Origin: a virus
Lineage: Duplodnaviria; Heunggongvirae; Uroviricota; Caudoviricetes
Length of the DNA: 42,575 bases
IMG/VR virus record: IMGVR_UViG_3300035670_000071
Direction: 5' to 3' (one strand)
In this document: positions 10,410-20,700 of the stretch, in pieces
How positions within the stretch are numbered: position 1 is the stretch's first letter
Layout: each line of letters opens with the position of its first letter
Made by a program: the position numbers and the translations under genes
Notes under the pieces: model-generated
Told to the model about the DNA's origin: nothing
The model's database searches: none
What the model saw: only the letters and a program-made list of their open reading frames with translations

Positions 10410-10815
10410 AGCTTTCACCCCACTCAAAGTTTCTTGCCATCATCATCTCGAAAAATGTCATCCCGTGCCTTTCACTATACATAAACGGCAGAAATACCTC
10501 TGCAATGCTTACGTTGCCTGATTCTACAAGCGGAACAACATCATCAATCCATCCACGAATAACTCCGCAGCAAACCCGATAAGCCCTCTCATCAGAAATA
10601 TTATGTATGCTCTGCACATACTGCCACTTGAAAGGAAGCTTAATCATAATATATCTGTCACCTGCTTTGACAGAAAATACTAATGCAACCACTCTTCCGT
10701 CTACAAGTCGCTTCTCTATTCCTGTAAGGCCGAGGCTACGAAGGGAACGCTCTATCTTATCTATATTGAACGCTGAACTCTGTAGACCTGCTATTGAGAG
10801 GTCCATAGCCTTCAC
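10384..10815 (-). CDS. Conserved phage-type hypothetical protein
   Basis: The C-terminal pattern RAYRV...WI...LVESG.VSIAEVFLPF resembles a recurrent uncharacterised phage family (from memory). GTGA overlap. Confidence 0.6.
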   Translation of the reverse strand: MKAMDLSIAGLQSSAFNIDKIERSLRSLGLTGIEKRLVDGRVVALVFSVKAGDRYIMIKLPFKWQYVQSIHNISDERAYRVCCGVIRGWIDDVVPLVESGNVSIAEVFLPFMYSERHGMTFFEMMMARNFEWGESYDKYNSPR

Positions 10816-11534
10816 TTCCCAAGCATTCGTGATAGACGCTCATTGGCGATGTCACCCTCACTCTTATACTCGGTGGGTTTCTTCTTTTTCTTAGGCTCAT
10901 ATATTTCTACAGGAGTTACGTCAATAATCTTAGAAGAGTTCTTACCCTCGTGCCAAGTCATCTTCTCCTCAATCTCCTTGTTAGAAATATTCTTCCTTCC
11001 CTGCCCAATGCCGTCAATAATCTCATCGTTGTTGCGTGGTAGTCCTCTCATAGAGCCACCCATCGCACCTGCGATTTGGTCATTTGACAATCCACCATAC
11101 GCACCCATACCAGTCGGGTCACGCCCTCGCATTTGCTGATTTCCAGTGCCGCCAAGCATCTGCCCTAATTTGTCATTCGTATTAAATCCGTCGAGTTTGA
11201 AGGCATCTCCGAATTTCTTTAATTTGTCTTTCTTTGCTTCACCTGTCATTTTCCTCATTTCCTCTTCCTTCATCTTTTCTATGAGGGTTGGTTCAAGTTC
11301 GTCGAATGCTTTCTCTCTTGCCTTTCCTCTTATCTCGTCAAGCCTGGCTTTTACTTTCGCTTCAGCCGCAGCTTCCTGTTCTTTCTTTGCTCTCTTCTTC
11401 GCTATCATTTCTGGGAATACTGTTGCGTTCCAAAGTCTCTTCAGAGCAGACTCTTTTTTCTCTTTTGGTTTATTTGCGGAACGCCCCGCAGAATTGACGG
11501 CGAGGACTTCTTCTACGATTTTATCGTCTTGCAT
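10812..11534 (-). CDS. Charged coiled-coil hypothetical protein
   Basis: Start moved to ATG 11534 (SD GGAGGAGG). K/E-rich helices followed by a Gly/Met-rich linker. Confidence 0.7.
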   Translation of the reverse strand: MQDDKIVEEVLAVNSAGRSANKPKEKKESALKRLWNATVFPEMIAKKRAKKEQEAAAEAKVKARLDEIRGKAREKAFDELEPTLIEKMKEEEMRKMTGEAKKDKLKKFGDAFKLDGFNTNDKLGQMLGGTGNQQMRGRDPTGMGAYGGLSNDQIAGAMGGSMRGLPRNNDEIIDGIGQGRKNISNKEIEEKMTWHEGKNSSKIIDVTPVEIYEPKKKKKPTEYKSEGDIANERLSRMLGK

Positions 11535-11754
11535 TTTTTTCCTCCTCCGTTGGTTTCTCACTCTTTTTGTTGTCTTTATTATCTGGGTCGTCTTTGTCCT
11601 TAAATAGTTTAGCTATACCATACGCTATAGTTAGTGCACAATACCAGAATACATAAGTGAACCACTTAAACATTCCTACAGGCTCATCCTTGTATATCTC
11701 TGAGATGTCAAGCGAAGCCCTGTGCACATCCTTAAAAAACTCCTTAAGTCCCAA
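11521..11754 (-). CDS. Small single-TM protein
   Basis: TTG start with SD GGGGAG; one hydrophobic helix; first gene after the promoter at 11802-11815. Confidence 0.65.
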   Translation of the reverse strand: MGLKEFFKDVHRASLDISEIYKDEPVGMFKWFTYVFWYCALTIAYGIAKLFKDKDDPDNKDNKKSEKPTEEEKNARR

Positions 11755-11801
11755 ATTTATCTCCCCAAATTTTATTACATTTAATGATATGAACGCTTTA
11801 A

Positions 11802-11815
11802 TATATAAATGTTTC
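11802..11815 (-). promoter_or_regulatory. Class-1 archaeal promoter (BRE+TATA) GAAACATTTATATA
   Basis: Identical 14-mer at 36874, 39992, 40552 and 41327 (+); one mismatch at 24701. Confidence 0.75.
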
Positions 11816-11927
11816 TAATGTGTTCTGCCTAAAATTTCCTAATTTTTTATTTATAAACCTTTCGGTTCTTTGAAAAAAATTGGAATGAAATATTTTTTTC
11901 TCAAAAAAAGTGCACCCCCTTTTTTAT

Positions 11928-12389
11928 AGGACCTTTGTAATTTTTTGTAATTAGCTAACATAGTTAGTATATGTATGTTACACTATTTTTTTCATATATG
12001 TATATACTAACTATAAAGCCCATCGTTACAAAAAGTTACAATTTTTACAATTTTATTTTTCGTTTTGTAACGGCTAAAACCCTCAAATTCAGCTCTTTCA
12101 AGACTTAATTACAATTTATTACAAAGGTCTATATAACACACTATACACTTTTTTAGGATTGATTTTTTTGGCCGATTTTGCTTAGTTTATGAAATTGTAA
12201 TTTTTTGTAACGAATTGTAAAAAACTGTAATTTTTGTAATTTTTGCCCTCCAAAAGCGATGCTATCCCTGGTCTAACTATGCGAGTCATAGATGTCGTAT
12301 ATGTTGACATTTGTATACTAATATCTCTTTGTTACGGATTTGTGGTATTTTCTTGAAAAAAGGCATTAAACCTTTGTATTTTTTTGTAA
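11928..12389. repeat. Cluster of TTGTAA/TTACAA hexamers with inverted repeats; candidate replication origin
   Basis: TTGTAA at 11935, 11945, 12065, 12195, 12205, 12215, 12234, 12384. TTACAA at 12026, 12036, 12045, 12109, 12119. Lies at the coding-strand switch, upstream of RHH and MCM. Confidence 0.7.
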
Positions 12390-12414
12390 ATAATTTTTTC
12401 AAAATAGTCAAAAT

Positions 12415-12430
12415 AAAAAACTTTATATAT
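12415..12430 (+). promoter_or_regulatory. BRE/TATA promoter of the replication operon
   Basis: AAAAAACTTTATATAT about 90 nt upstream of the RHH start. Confidence 0.55.
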
Positions 12431-12518
12431 TAGATATGTTCCGATATTGTTGATATGTTTATATGCGTCGAAGGTGTGGGTAAACTGCGACGTGAAGACA
12501 TTTAGGGAGGATGAAAAA

Positions 12519-12710
12519 ATGGCAAGACTTTTTGTATTTGTCCCCGAAGATTTACACGATAAACTTCGGATAAGGTCTATAGAGACAAAGCTGAATCATA
12601 GTGATTTGGTTGTAGAAGCACTTGAGCAATATCTTGGCTTTATAAGTCAGATGAAGAATCAACCACAAGACGGCGAAACACAGGACACCGATATTAAGAA
12701 GACGGAATAG
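12519..12710 (+). CDS. Ribbon-helix-helix (CopG-like) transcription regulator
   Basis: ATG 12519 after SD GGGAGG. RLFVFVPEDLHDKLRIRS...NHSDLVVEALEQYL fits the RHH strand-helix-helix pattern. Confidence 0.8.
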   Translation: MARLFVFVPEDLHDKLRIRSIETKLNHSDLVVEALEQYLGFISQMKNQPQDGETQDTDIKKTE

Positions 12711-12742
12711 ACGGTCTTAGGTAATTACAATGAGGCCGCACT

Positions 12743-14941
12743 GTGGTTGAAACTAAAGATAAAAAGGAAGTTGTAGCTCGACGGGATGAGTTTCTTATAT
12801 CTGAACATATGAGAAATAAGCAGATTATCTCTTTCGTTAAGAAACACTTTAAAGGAAGAATCAGCAGACAAGGTTCTGTAAAGCTTATAGAATTATTATT
12901 AAATAAAGTTTCTACAATAAAAGCCCAGGATATACAGAAGAAGATTTCTGGTATTACACACCACAACAAAACAAAATTTGATGATATAGATGGAACATCT
13001 TATTTGAAGAAAGAGGAAATAGATTATCTTTTTGATAATATTAACAGGATTCTTTTACAGCTTGGAAAAGAGATTCCTATATATGATGAGACAAAGCATA
13101 GTGGCTTGAAGATTAAAGATGTCGAAGACTCCGAAGTTGATTGTTATGTTGTTGATAAGGACACAACATATGAACAAGTGAGAAAGGTGCTTTGTGATAA
13201 TTTAGGAGAAGCCGACTTCTTCTATGATTTTGAAGAACCAGATATGCCCATAACAATTCCTGCTAATAAAGATACATTGCAACGATGTATTGTCCAGATA
13301 CTTGGTAACAGAGTTAAGTTTGATTACCCTGTAGAGTATGTATATAGATGTAGTCAATGTGAAAATGTTGAAAGAAAGAAATCATATCAAGTTACGTCTA
13401 CAAATGGAAAGATAAAATGTTCAGGAGAGGTATTCAGTAATAAAGGAATGCCTGGAACGTGCAAGACGCAACTCTCCCCAGATAATGAAATATCTTCAAC
13501 CAAGGATGCCTTCTATGTAGACATCAACTATGAGGATTCAAAGATTGGGCAACAGACTTCTGGTTCGATTACGTTTAAGGAGTTCAAGCCAGGATTCTAT
13601 GAAGTCGTATTGTTTAGAGTAAAGAATCCGATGAAGACTGAATTATTTCAGATTGTTGACATCAAGCCTATTGAGACAGTGCAGATGGAGATTCCTGAAA
13701 AGGTTGCAGGAGAAAATTATGTATTGACTTTGGTAAAGGCGTTTGATAATTTTATTGAGAAGCAGACAAAGATGAGAATTTATGGTTTGCTTCCTGTTAA
13801 GATTGCTATGATAGTTCAGGCACTGTTTAGCATATTGGGGTTCCAGCTTCTTGCTAATATTCAGATTGTCGGTGACCCTTCAACTGGTAAGTCCACAGTA
13901 TTCAAGTATTGGGGTTACCTATTACATAATCACTTGCAGATGTCAAGTAATGGATTATCCATTTCTGTTCCAGGCCTTAGAGGAACAAGGACAACAATCA
14001 ACTTACTTGGTAAGGAGATTCAGATTATCACTACAGGATTTTTAGGAGTATATAGAATTATTCACGTCGATGAAGCTGGAGAAAATAAAGAGCTTGTTAT
14101 ACAGATGAAGTCGTTCCTTTTGGAAACGAACTATTCATATGATAAGGCAGGAAGTCAAGGAGTCACGCAGAGAAGAACCGCACATATGAATATCAGCCAG
14201 AATATTGACCAGACACACCTTGGTATGTATATTGGTCAGATAAGAAAGATTTACAAGCTTGACCAATTCCATATGCAGGATGTTGAAAAACAAGAATGGA
14301 ATGAGGACTGGGATTTGTTCAAGCCACTTCACGAATATGATAATCCTTATTTGAGAAAAGTTATTCGAGATGTAAGAACCAATCTTATCAAGAAGCAGGT
14401 CTGGTGGGTTGACGGGTATGATTATGCGTTGCACCAAAGGTTCCCATTCTACTTCTACTTAGTTAATGAAAAGAAGAATGTGGAACTTGAAGAGACTGTC
14501 AAGATGAATGTATCTCGTAATGCATTGAGCGAGAATCTTGATTTGATTAGGGCGTTGAACTCAGAATCTATTGGGCAGTTCTTTGAGTCATTGAAAAAAT
14601 ATATGGAAACAAAAACACCCGATAGAAATGATTTTGGAAAGGTAGATGACATATTGGATTCTTATGGTATACAGACGGATTCAAGAACAAAAACATTCTT
14701 CTACACTTTCATAAAGATTATAAGAATATTGAATCAGAGATATGAAACAGAGGAGAGCGACTTTGATATATTGAAGTATATTATAGAAAACACAAATATC
14801 AAGGTTGATGTATCAACTACATCTGCCTTTAAGGTTGTCGGACACCCAGATATAGAAAAAGCTAAAAAGGAGATGGATGAAATAGATGATAAGATGGGAG
14901 ACCTTAAGGATAAGTTCTCATTGGGAGATGATGAGTTTTGA
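12743..14941 (+). CDS. mcm: Divergent MCM-family replicative helicase
   Basis: C4 zinc finger (CSQC...C...C), Walker A GDPSTGKST, SxPGLRG, Walker B HVDEAG, Arg finger HQRF. Confidence 0.85.
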   Translation: MVETKDKKEVVARRDEFLISEHMRNKQIISFVKKHFKGRISRQGSVKLIELLLNKVSTIKAQDIQKKISGITHHNKTKFDDIDGTSYLKKEEIDYLFDNINRILLQLGKEIPIYDETKHSGLKIKDVEDSEVDCYVVDKDTTYEQVRKVLCDNLGEADFFYDFEEPDMPITIPANKDTLQRCIVQILGNRVKFDYPVEYVYRCSQCENVERKKSYQVTSTNGKIKCSGEVFSNKGMPGTCKTQLSPDNEISSTKDAFYVDINYEDSKIGQQTSGSITFKEFKPGFYEVVLFRVKNPMKTELFQIVDIKPIETVQMEIPEKVAGENYVLTLVKAFDNFIEKQTKMRIYGLLPVKIAMIVQALFSILGFQLLANIQIVGDPSTGKSTVFKYWGYLLHNHLQMSSNGLSISVPGLRGTRTTINLLGKEIQIITTGFLGVYRIIHVDEAGENKELVIQMKSFLLETNYSYDKAGSQGVTQRRTAHMNISQNIDQTHLGMYIGQIRKIYKLDQFHMQDVEKQEWNEDWDLFKPLHEYDNPYLRKVIRDVRTNLIKKQVWWVDGYDYALHQRFPFYFYLVNEKKNVELEETVKMNVSRNALSENLDLIRALNSESIGQFFESLKKYMETKTPDRNDFGKVDDILDSYGIQTDSRTKTFFYTFIKIIRILNQRYETEESDFDILKYIIENTNIKVDVSTTSAFKVVGHPDIEKAKKEMDEIDDKMGDLKDKFSLGDDEF

Positions 14942-15357
14942 AACAAGAATATAAACAAATATTTGATACAGCACGAAGCCGTGAGGAATTTGTTGGCACC
15001 CTGTTGTTAGAGGATTGGAATATGCCACGGGCCACGGCAGTTACACTATGGAATAAATTATCTAAGGATGTAAAGAAGGAGGCATCAAAGAAAAAGGAAC
15101 AACCAAAGGAAGTTACTATGGTGTCGATGCACCAAGACCCTAAAAGGATATTTCCTGTAGCTGACCATTTTCCTTTAGATGAGAAAGAAGCTCCTCGCAG
15201 TTTTAAGTGGATGGAGTTCAAGGATATGTGCAGGTTCAATAATACAAGAGACAAACTTACACGAGACCAGTTGACACGATATGGATTTACAACCCTTGAA
15301 ATAAATTGGCTCATTGATAACGGATATATAAAATATGATTATGGAGGGAACAAATGA
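14938..15357 (+). CDS. Hypothetical protein (139 aa)
   Basis: TTGA overlap with mcm; operonic. Confidence 0.65.
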   Translation: MKQEYKQIFDTARSREEFVGTLLLEDWNMPRATAVTLWNKLSKDVKKEASKKKEQPKEVTMVSMHQDPKRIFPVADHFPLDEKEAPRSFKWMEFKDMCRFNNTRDKLTRDQLTRYGFTTLEINWLIDNGYIKYDYGGNK

Positions 15358-15506
15358 AAGCAGCATTGAAGCTGACCCAAAAGGATGTCGACTATATCAA
15401 TGCCGTCTGGAAGGATTTCAAGACAGCAAGAAAAGATAAGATGCACATCGCTATTGAGGAAAGCATAAAAGATAAGGAATGGAAAGTAGTTGAATTAAAA
15501 AAATAA
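15354..15506 (+). CDS. Small hypothetical protein (50 aa, MKAALKLTQKDVDY...)
   Basis: Not in track. ATGA overlap, SD GGAGGG, fills the gap before the exonuclease. Confidence 0.65.
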   Translation: MKAALKLTQKDVDYINAVWKDFKTARKDKMHIAIEESIKDKEWKVVELKK

Positions 15507-15519
15507 CGAGGTAGTAAAT

Positions 15520-16101
15520 ATGGATATTATCATAATAGATACAGAGACAGGAGGCCTCGTGGCCGAAGAATGTGGATTGTGTTCTGTGACTTTGAAGGTA
15601 TTGAATGGTGAAGCAATAAAGACAATATATATTAAGCCAGAAAAGGATTTGAGATATGAGCAAAGTGCTTTTAATGTTAACAAGTTGTCTATTGAGAAGC
15701 TTGAGAAGATAGGTATTGCACCAGAGAAAGCAATACAGGAGATAGCAGCTTTTATCAGTTATCACTTCAACAGCAAACCGTATATGCTGGGGCACAACAC
15801 AACATTTGATTTAGGATTTCTTACAGCATTCTTCAAGAGGAATGGTAATGTAGATTTTAAGCGAATGGTAAATTATCATTTGATGGACACGATGTATTAT
15901 GCACAGGTATTACATTTCAGTGGAATAAAACCATTTGATAACTTCAAGTTGAAGACAATACACTTCACATTATTTCAGAAAGAAATAGAAGATGCTCACA
16001 CATCTGAAGGAGATGTATTAGCGACGGAGAGAGTATATAATCGATTGTTCAAGATTCTACAGGATATGCGGGAAGTTGCAATGAGGAACTTGGGTAAATG
16101 A
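15520..16101 (+). CDS. DEDDh 3'-5' exonuclease (DnaQ-like)
   Basis: ExoI IDTETGG, ExoII GHNTTFD, ExoIII HTSEGD. Confidence 0.9.
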   Translation: MDIIIIDTETGGLVAEECGLCSVTLKVLNGEAIKTIYIKPEKDLRYEQSAFNVNKLSIEKLEKIGIAPEKAIQEIAAFISYHFNSKPYMLGHNTTFDLGFLTAFFKRNGNVDFKRMVNYHLMDTMYYAQVLHFSGIKPFDNFKLKTIHFTLFQKEIEDAHTSEGDVLATERVYNRLFKILQDMREVAMRNLGK

Positions 16102-16102
16102 A

Positions 16103-17704
16103 ATGGAATGGTATGATTATTCGGAAGCGGACAGGGTAAGCAACGTATATGCTAAATACTCTATTGCGGATTTTTGGAAGTGGTGGAGTAGAGGTAAGAA
16201 TGCTTGGATGGAAGTCCGTTTCAAAACAGATTATTCATACGTAAAAGAAGTATCTGATAAACTTCACATTCCTCGTGGAACACCTGGTGTATATGTTAAT
16301 AGTGGAGAAGAACTCAAGAAGGTTGTTACACTTGTAAGGGAAAAGACTCCTGTATGGTTTGGAATAAATCCGAGAAGAAAGGCATATAACAAATGGGGGT
16401 CTCAATCTCTTGGCGGAAGAGATGCCAATGTTGCAGAGATAGGATACTTGTTTTTTGATATTGATAGGACAGAGAAGAAAGGACAGGCACAGCCTTTTGA
16501 GTTAAAGAATGCATATACATTAGCCAAACTCATTCTTGGGCAGTTTGGAAAGGTTGGGTGTGATAAGAGCTATTGTATAATATGTTCTGGTAATGGAGTT
16601 CAGCTATTGATACAGCTTGATGTTCCTATCTGTTTACCTGTGTTGACATATGACAAGCAACGCCAGATGTTTGAATATTCAGAAGAGTTTGATAGGCTTA
16701 AGAATATAATTAAAGAAGGTATTGGAAAAGAGACAATGAAGTTTGCAGCTCAATATGAAGCATCTCTAAAAGTAAATATTGATTCTGTTGCACTTAACAT
16801 TGGAAGGGTTGGTGCTCTTCCTGTAACAAAGAATTTTAAGTATGGTGGGTTCACTTGGAGAGGAATTGTTGAGATGCAGTCAGGTGTCAATGAAGGACTG
16901 TCAGATTATATATTGAGTAAGAAAAGAGATAAGCCTAAGTTTAAGGAATATACAAAGAAAGTATTTGCAGGAGTTACAGTTCAGGTAGGTAATAATTATA
17001 TTGAACCTTTTATTCCTGGTAAGTTATCTGAGCATCCTTTGATACAAGCATTCAGATATAAACTTGATTGGAAGAGCATTCACGACATTAACAATAGATT
17101 GTGGCTTGGTTTCAAGATGTTATTATGTATCTATGAGTTCTATGATATAAAGACATTCAGAATTAAACCAGAATATGCTGAAGAGGTTATGGCTATTCAC
17201 GCAGAGTTCTCTGCATTATCAGGAAGAGGATTGCCGATGAACGTAGAGTATTGGATGTTTACGGCAAAGATGGAAACAGCATTGAATAAGATAAACGAGA
17301 CATTCATATTAAACAACGCACCTTTGTCATTGCCTCCACTTATTGGATATAATCTTTTGGTGACAGGTAAGTATCCTGTAGAGCTTCCTGGTGTTAAGGA
17401 TATTGTTCCTGTGCAAGAACCATTAGTTATGAATGAAGCAAATAAGTATGAAACCACGTTGGTTTGTGGTAAGGAAGCAATTAGTATAATTGAAGGGTTA
17501 AGAGATGAACCTGGCTGGGAAGACCTTCGGGATGAGTATCTTCAATCACAGAGAAACCAGAAGGTCAATACATATGTTAAAAGGTTTGCCGCAGGGTTTC
17601 TCGAAAGATATGGGGCGGAAGATTATCAATATATGTTAGAAAGCAACATTTTCTATAAGGCGTTTAATTTTAAGCAGAAAGAAAAGGACCCTGAAAACCT
17701 GTAA
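16103..17704 (+). CDS. Archaeo-eukaryotic primase (AEP) superfamily primase/primase-polymerase
   Basis: Motif I LFFDID, motif II SGNGVQ, motif III D...IGRVGALPVTKN; helical C-terminal domain. Confidence 0.75.
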   Translation: MEWYDYSEADRVSNVYAKYSIADFWKWWSRGKNAWMEVRFKTDYSYVKEVSDKLHIPRGTPGVYVNSGEELKKVVTLVREKTPVWFGINPRRKAYNKWGSQSLGGRDANVAEIGYLFFDIDRTEKKGQAQPFELKNAYTLAKLILGQFGKVGCDKSYCIICSGNGVQLLIQLDVPICLPVLTYDKQRQMFEYSEEFDRLKNIIKEGIGKETMKFAAQYEASLKVNIDSVALNIGRVGALPVTKNFKYGGFTWRGIVEMQSGVNEGLSDYILSKKRDKPKFKEYTKKVFAGVTVQVGNNYIEPFIPGKLSEHPLIQAFRYKLDWKSIHDINNRLWLGFKMLLCIYEFYDIKTFRIKPEYAEEVMAIHAEFSALSGRGLPMNVEYWMFTAKMETALNKINETFILNNAPLSLPPLIGYNLLVTGKYPVELPGVKDIVPVQEPLVMNEANKYETTLVCGKEAISIIEGLRDEPGWEDLRDEYLQSQRNQKVNTYVKRFAAGFLERYGAEDYQYMLESNIFYKAFNFKQKEKDPENL

Positions 17705-17738
17705 AAAAATATATATATAAACGTAGGGACGGTTTAAA
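17703..17738 (+). promoter_or_regulatory. Class-2 (putative late) promoter
   Basis: AAAAAAATATATATATAAACGTAGGGACGGTTTAAA immediately before ATG 17743. Confidence 0.7.
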
Positions 17739-17742
17739 TAGA

Positions 17743-20700
17743 ATGATGGTTAATAGGGGCCTAAAAGGGAAACCGAAACAGATTGATGTCTTTGATAGTA
17801 TTCACGCTTCTTCTTTGCTTAAAACCCAAACGAGAAGGCCCTTTGCGACGGGGAGCCTCCCTACTCCCCTCGCATCTTTTTCCCAACCAATGAATGGGGC
17901 TTCTCAGGCAATGCAAAGGCAATGGGCAAATATGCCAATAGAACAGAGGGCGATGGCCAGAGTTCAATATAAAGATACAGATGGGGATAATGTTCCAGAT
18001 AAGTTTGATTGTTCTCCAACCAATGTAATGAGACAGGATTGGAATATTCCAAAAGCAAAACAGGAAGCACAATATGTTAAGTGGATGACTCCGCAGGAAT
18101 ATCTTGCAAAGACAGGCCTTGACCCTTTTAATAATCCAAGACATAAACGTATGCTTGAGACATATTATGATAAGGAAACTCAGAAGTCTGAACCAATAGA
18201 AAAGCTTGGTGGATATATCAAGGACCCAAATGTTATGGTATCAATTCCTTTTGTCGGTGATTATGAAGCTGACCACGAAGGAAGACATAGAGCTTATGCT
18301 GCTCATCTTAAAGGTGAGAGGCAAGTTCCTGTTATTGTAAGACCTCCAGAGTCTTGGAGAGCACCAGAAGTTGTTGAAGCATTTATTCAGAAAAGATTTC
18401 CAGATAGTGGTTCAGATTATAAAGCTCAATGGAGAAGAAGATTCGAATCAACTTTTCCTCAATCACAAATGGATAGGCAATCAACAGAAGCATTCGTTAG
18501 CGTATTGAAAGATAAAGACCTTTGGCAAGAAGATGTTTCTCGACCATTCAAGACAGTTCGTAATAAAGATATGACTGCTGCTCAAAGATTCGGTGGAGCT
18601 AATATTCAGAACCTTCCAGTGCTTGGGCAAGGAAGAGATAGGAAAGTCTATGAACTTCCAGGACAAGGAGTTGTTGTAAAGGTTGCAAAGAATCCAGGTG
18701 GACTTGACCAGAACTCTTCAGAGAGAGGTGGGGACGTAAAGATATATGAGGAAGGAAAAGATTATGTTATTGCAGAGAAAGTCAATCCTCCAGGTAAAGC
18801 AGTCAAAGAAGTTGTAAAGACACTAAAGCCTTTTTCTCAGACTGACTTTGATAATCACACTTCAGAATTGCAGGATGCATTTGAGAAACTTGATAGAACG
18901 GACTTGTTAAGTTATGACGTTGTTATGGGGGACCTGAAGAGAAAGAGTTCGTGGGGAGAGAAATATGGAAATCCTGTCATTGTTGACGGTGGGTCTACTA
19001 ATAAAAGTAGTATTGAGCATCATCGTATTCGTGATTTACAAGAAGCTGCGAGGGACCCGAGGAAAGGAGAATGGGCAAGACAGCAACTTAAAGATTGGGA
19101 AGAAATAAAAAGAGAACGTAGACAATATAAAGATAAGGGAGCAAAAGAAGGTCCTGATTATTCTCGATATGGCGGTCAACAAGTTGATGTAGATGTAGGA
19201 GAGTTCTATGATACAACAAACAAGATGTATGGGGAAGTTGTTGAAGAGAATGTTGATGGTATAATATTCCCTTCTAATATTGGAATTGAACCAGAACGAA
19301 AGAAAGAACTTATCGAGCATATGAAGAAGACTCACGATGATAAAACCAGACAGAAGTTTGATTATGTTTACAAAGGACGTGGCACTTGGCAAGGAAGACA
19401 ATCCGATGATTATGAATTTGATGTATTCCCTAAAGGTCAAAGATGGGAAGGTAAGAAAAAGAAACTCGATGTTCAGAATACACAGCTTACTCCTTGGAAT
19501 GAACTGAAAGCCCAGGATGGTGTTGTTTATCGTGGAATGAATGAAGAAGAATATAATGAAGCAATGCAGCAAGGATTCTTTAAATCAAAAGGAGAACATA
19601 ATATAGGACAGAACGAAGGTGACTATACTTTTGGAACCAAGGATATTAAACAGGCTTCATCTTATGCTTCAGGATTTGCACCGAAGCTTCAGAAACCACA
19701 GGTTGGTGGTCCAACAGGAATTATAGTTGGATTCAAGAAAGATGAGAAGTGGGAAGAAGGAAGTATGGAGAATCAAAAGGAGAAGTTTATTCCTGTTGGA
19801 GAGATGGCTACTAAAGAAAAGATTCCAGTAACTGATGTTCAAGAAGTTTACAAATATGTTCCTACTGAAGCAGAGAAAGGACAATACTGGGCACATAGAG
19901 GATGGGGCGAGTTCGAAAGAAGTATAGACCACATTCCAGATACAGAAGGTGGATGGCAAAAAGAAGAACCTCCTCAACCAAAGAGACAGAAGTATTATCA
20001 CGGAACAAGTAAAGTAGGAAGCGTTGGTGCAATACACGAGGGATTAAAGACTGCTGCAGAAGTTGCAAAGGATATGCCTTTTGTTTCTGACCCTGCAATG
20101 AGTGACCAGACAGACCCTAATTATACTTACTTCTTCAAGGATGCACATCACGCAGATACTTGGGCAAAGGTTGTTGCAAAGAGAACAGGATTTAAACCAG
20201 AAGTTCTTGAAGTAGAACTTGAGCCAGATAAGATGGAACGTGATTTTAATATGCCTTTCGGTGAATCATATAAATATAAAGGTTCAGTTCCTAAAGAGCA
20301 AATAAAAGTTTATCAGGGTGATGTATCATATCCCGAAGAGAAAAAGAAGAAAACAAAGGAAGAAGAATATTATGATGACTTTGTTGAGGATGCAAAAGTT
20401 GCAGGGAAGTTTGTAGCAAAGAATCTTGGTGCTAATGTTCTTGACTCTCAAGTTGTTAGTGGGGTAGTTCGTCACAAATCACCATATAGGAAAGATGTTG
20501 ATGTTCTTGTAAAGGTTGATGATGCAAATAAACTTAGAGGAAAGAAGTTTACAAACACAGATGTCAATGGAATCCCTGTTGATGTATTTGTTGAAGATGA
20601 TAAAGGAAACAAACTTGTTGGTGAAGATAGAGGGCAACAAAGTCAATTCATAGATATATCTCCGAAGAAAAAATCAAAGACAGTAAAAATTCCATTAGAC

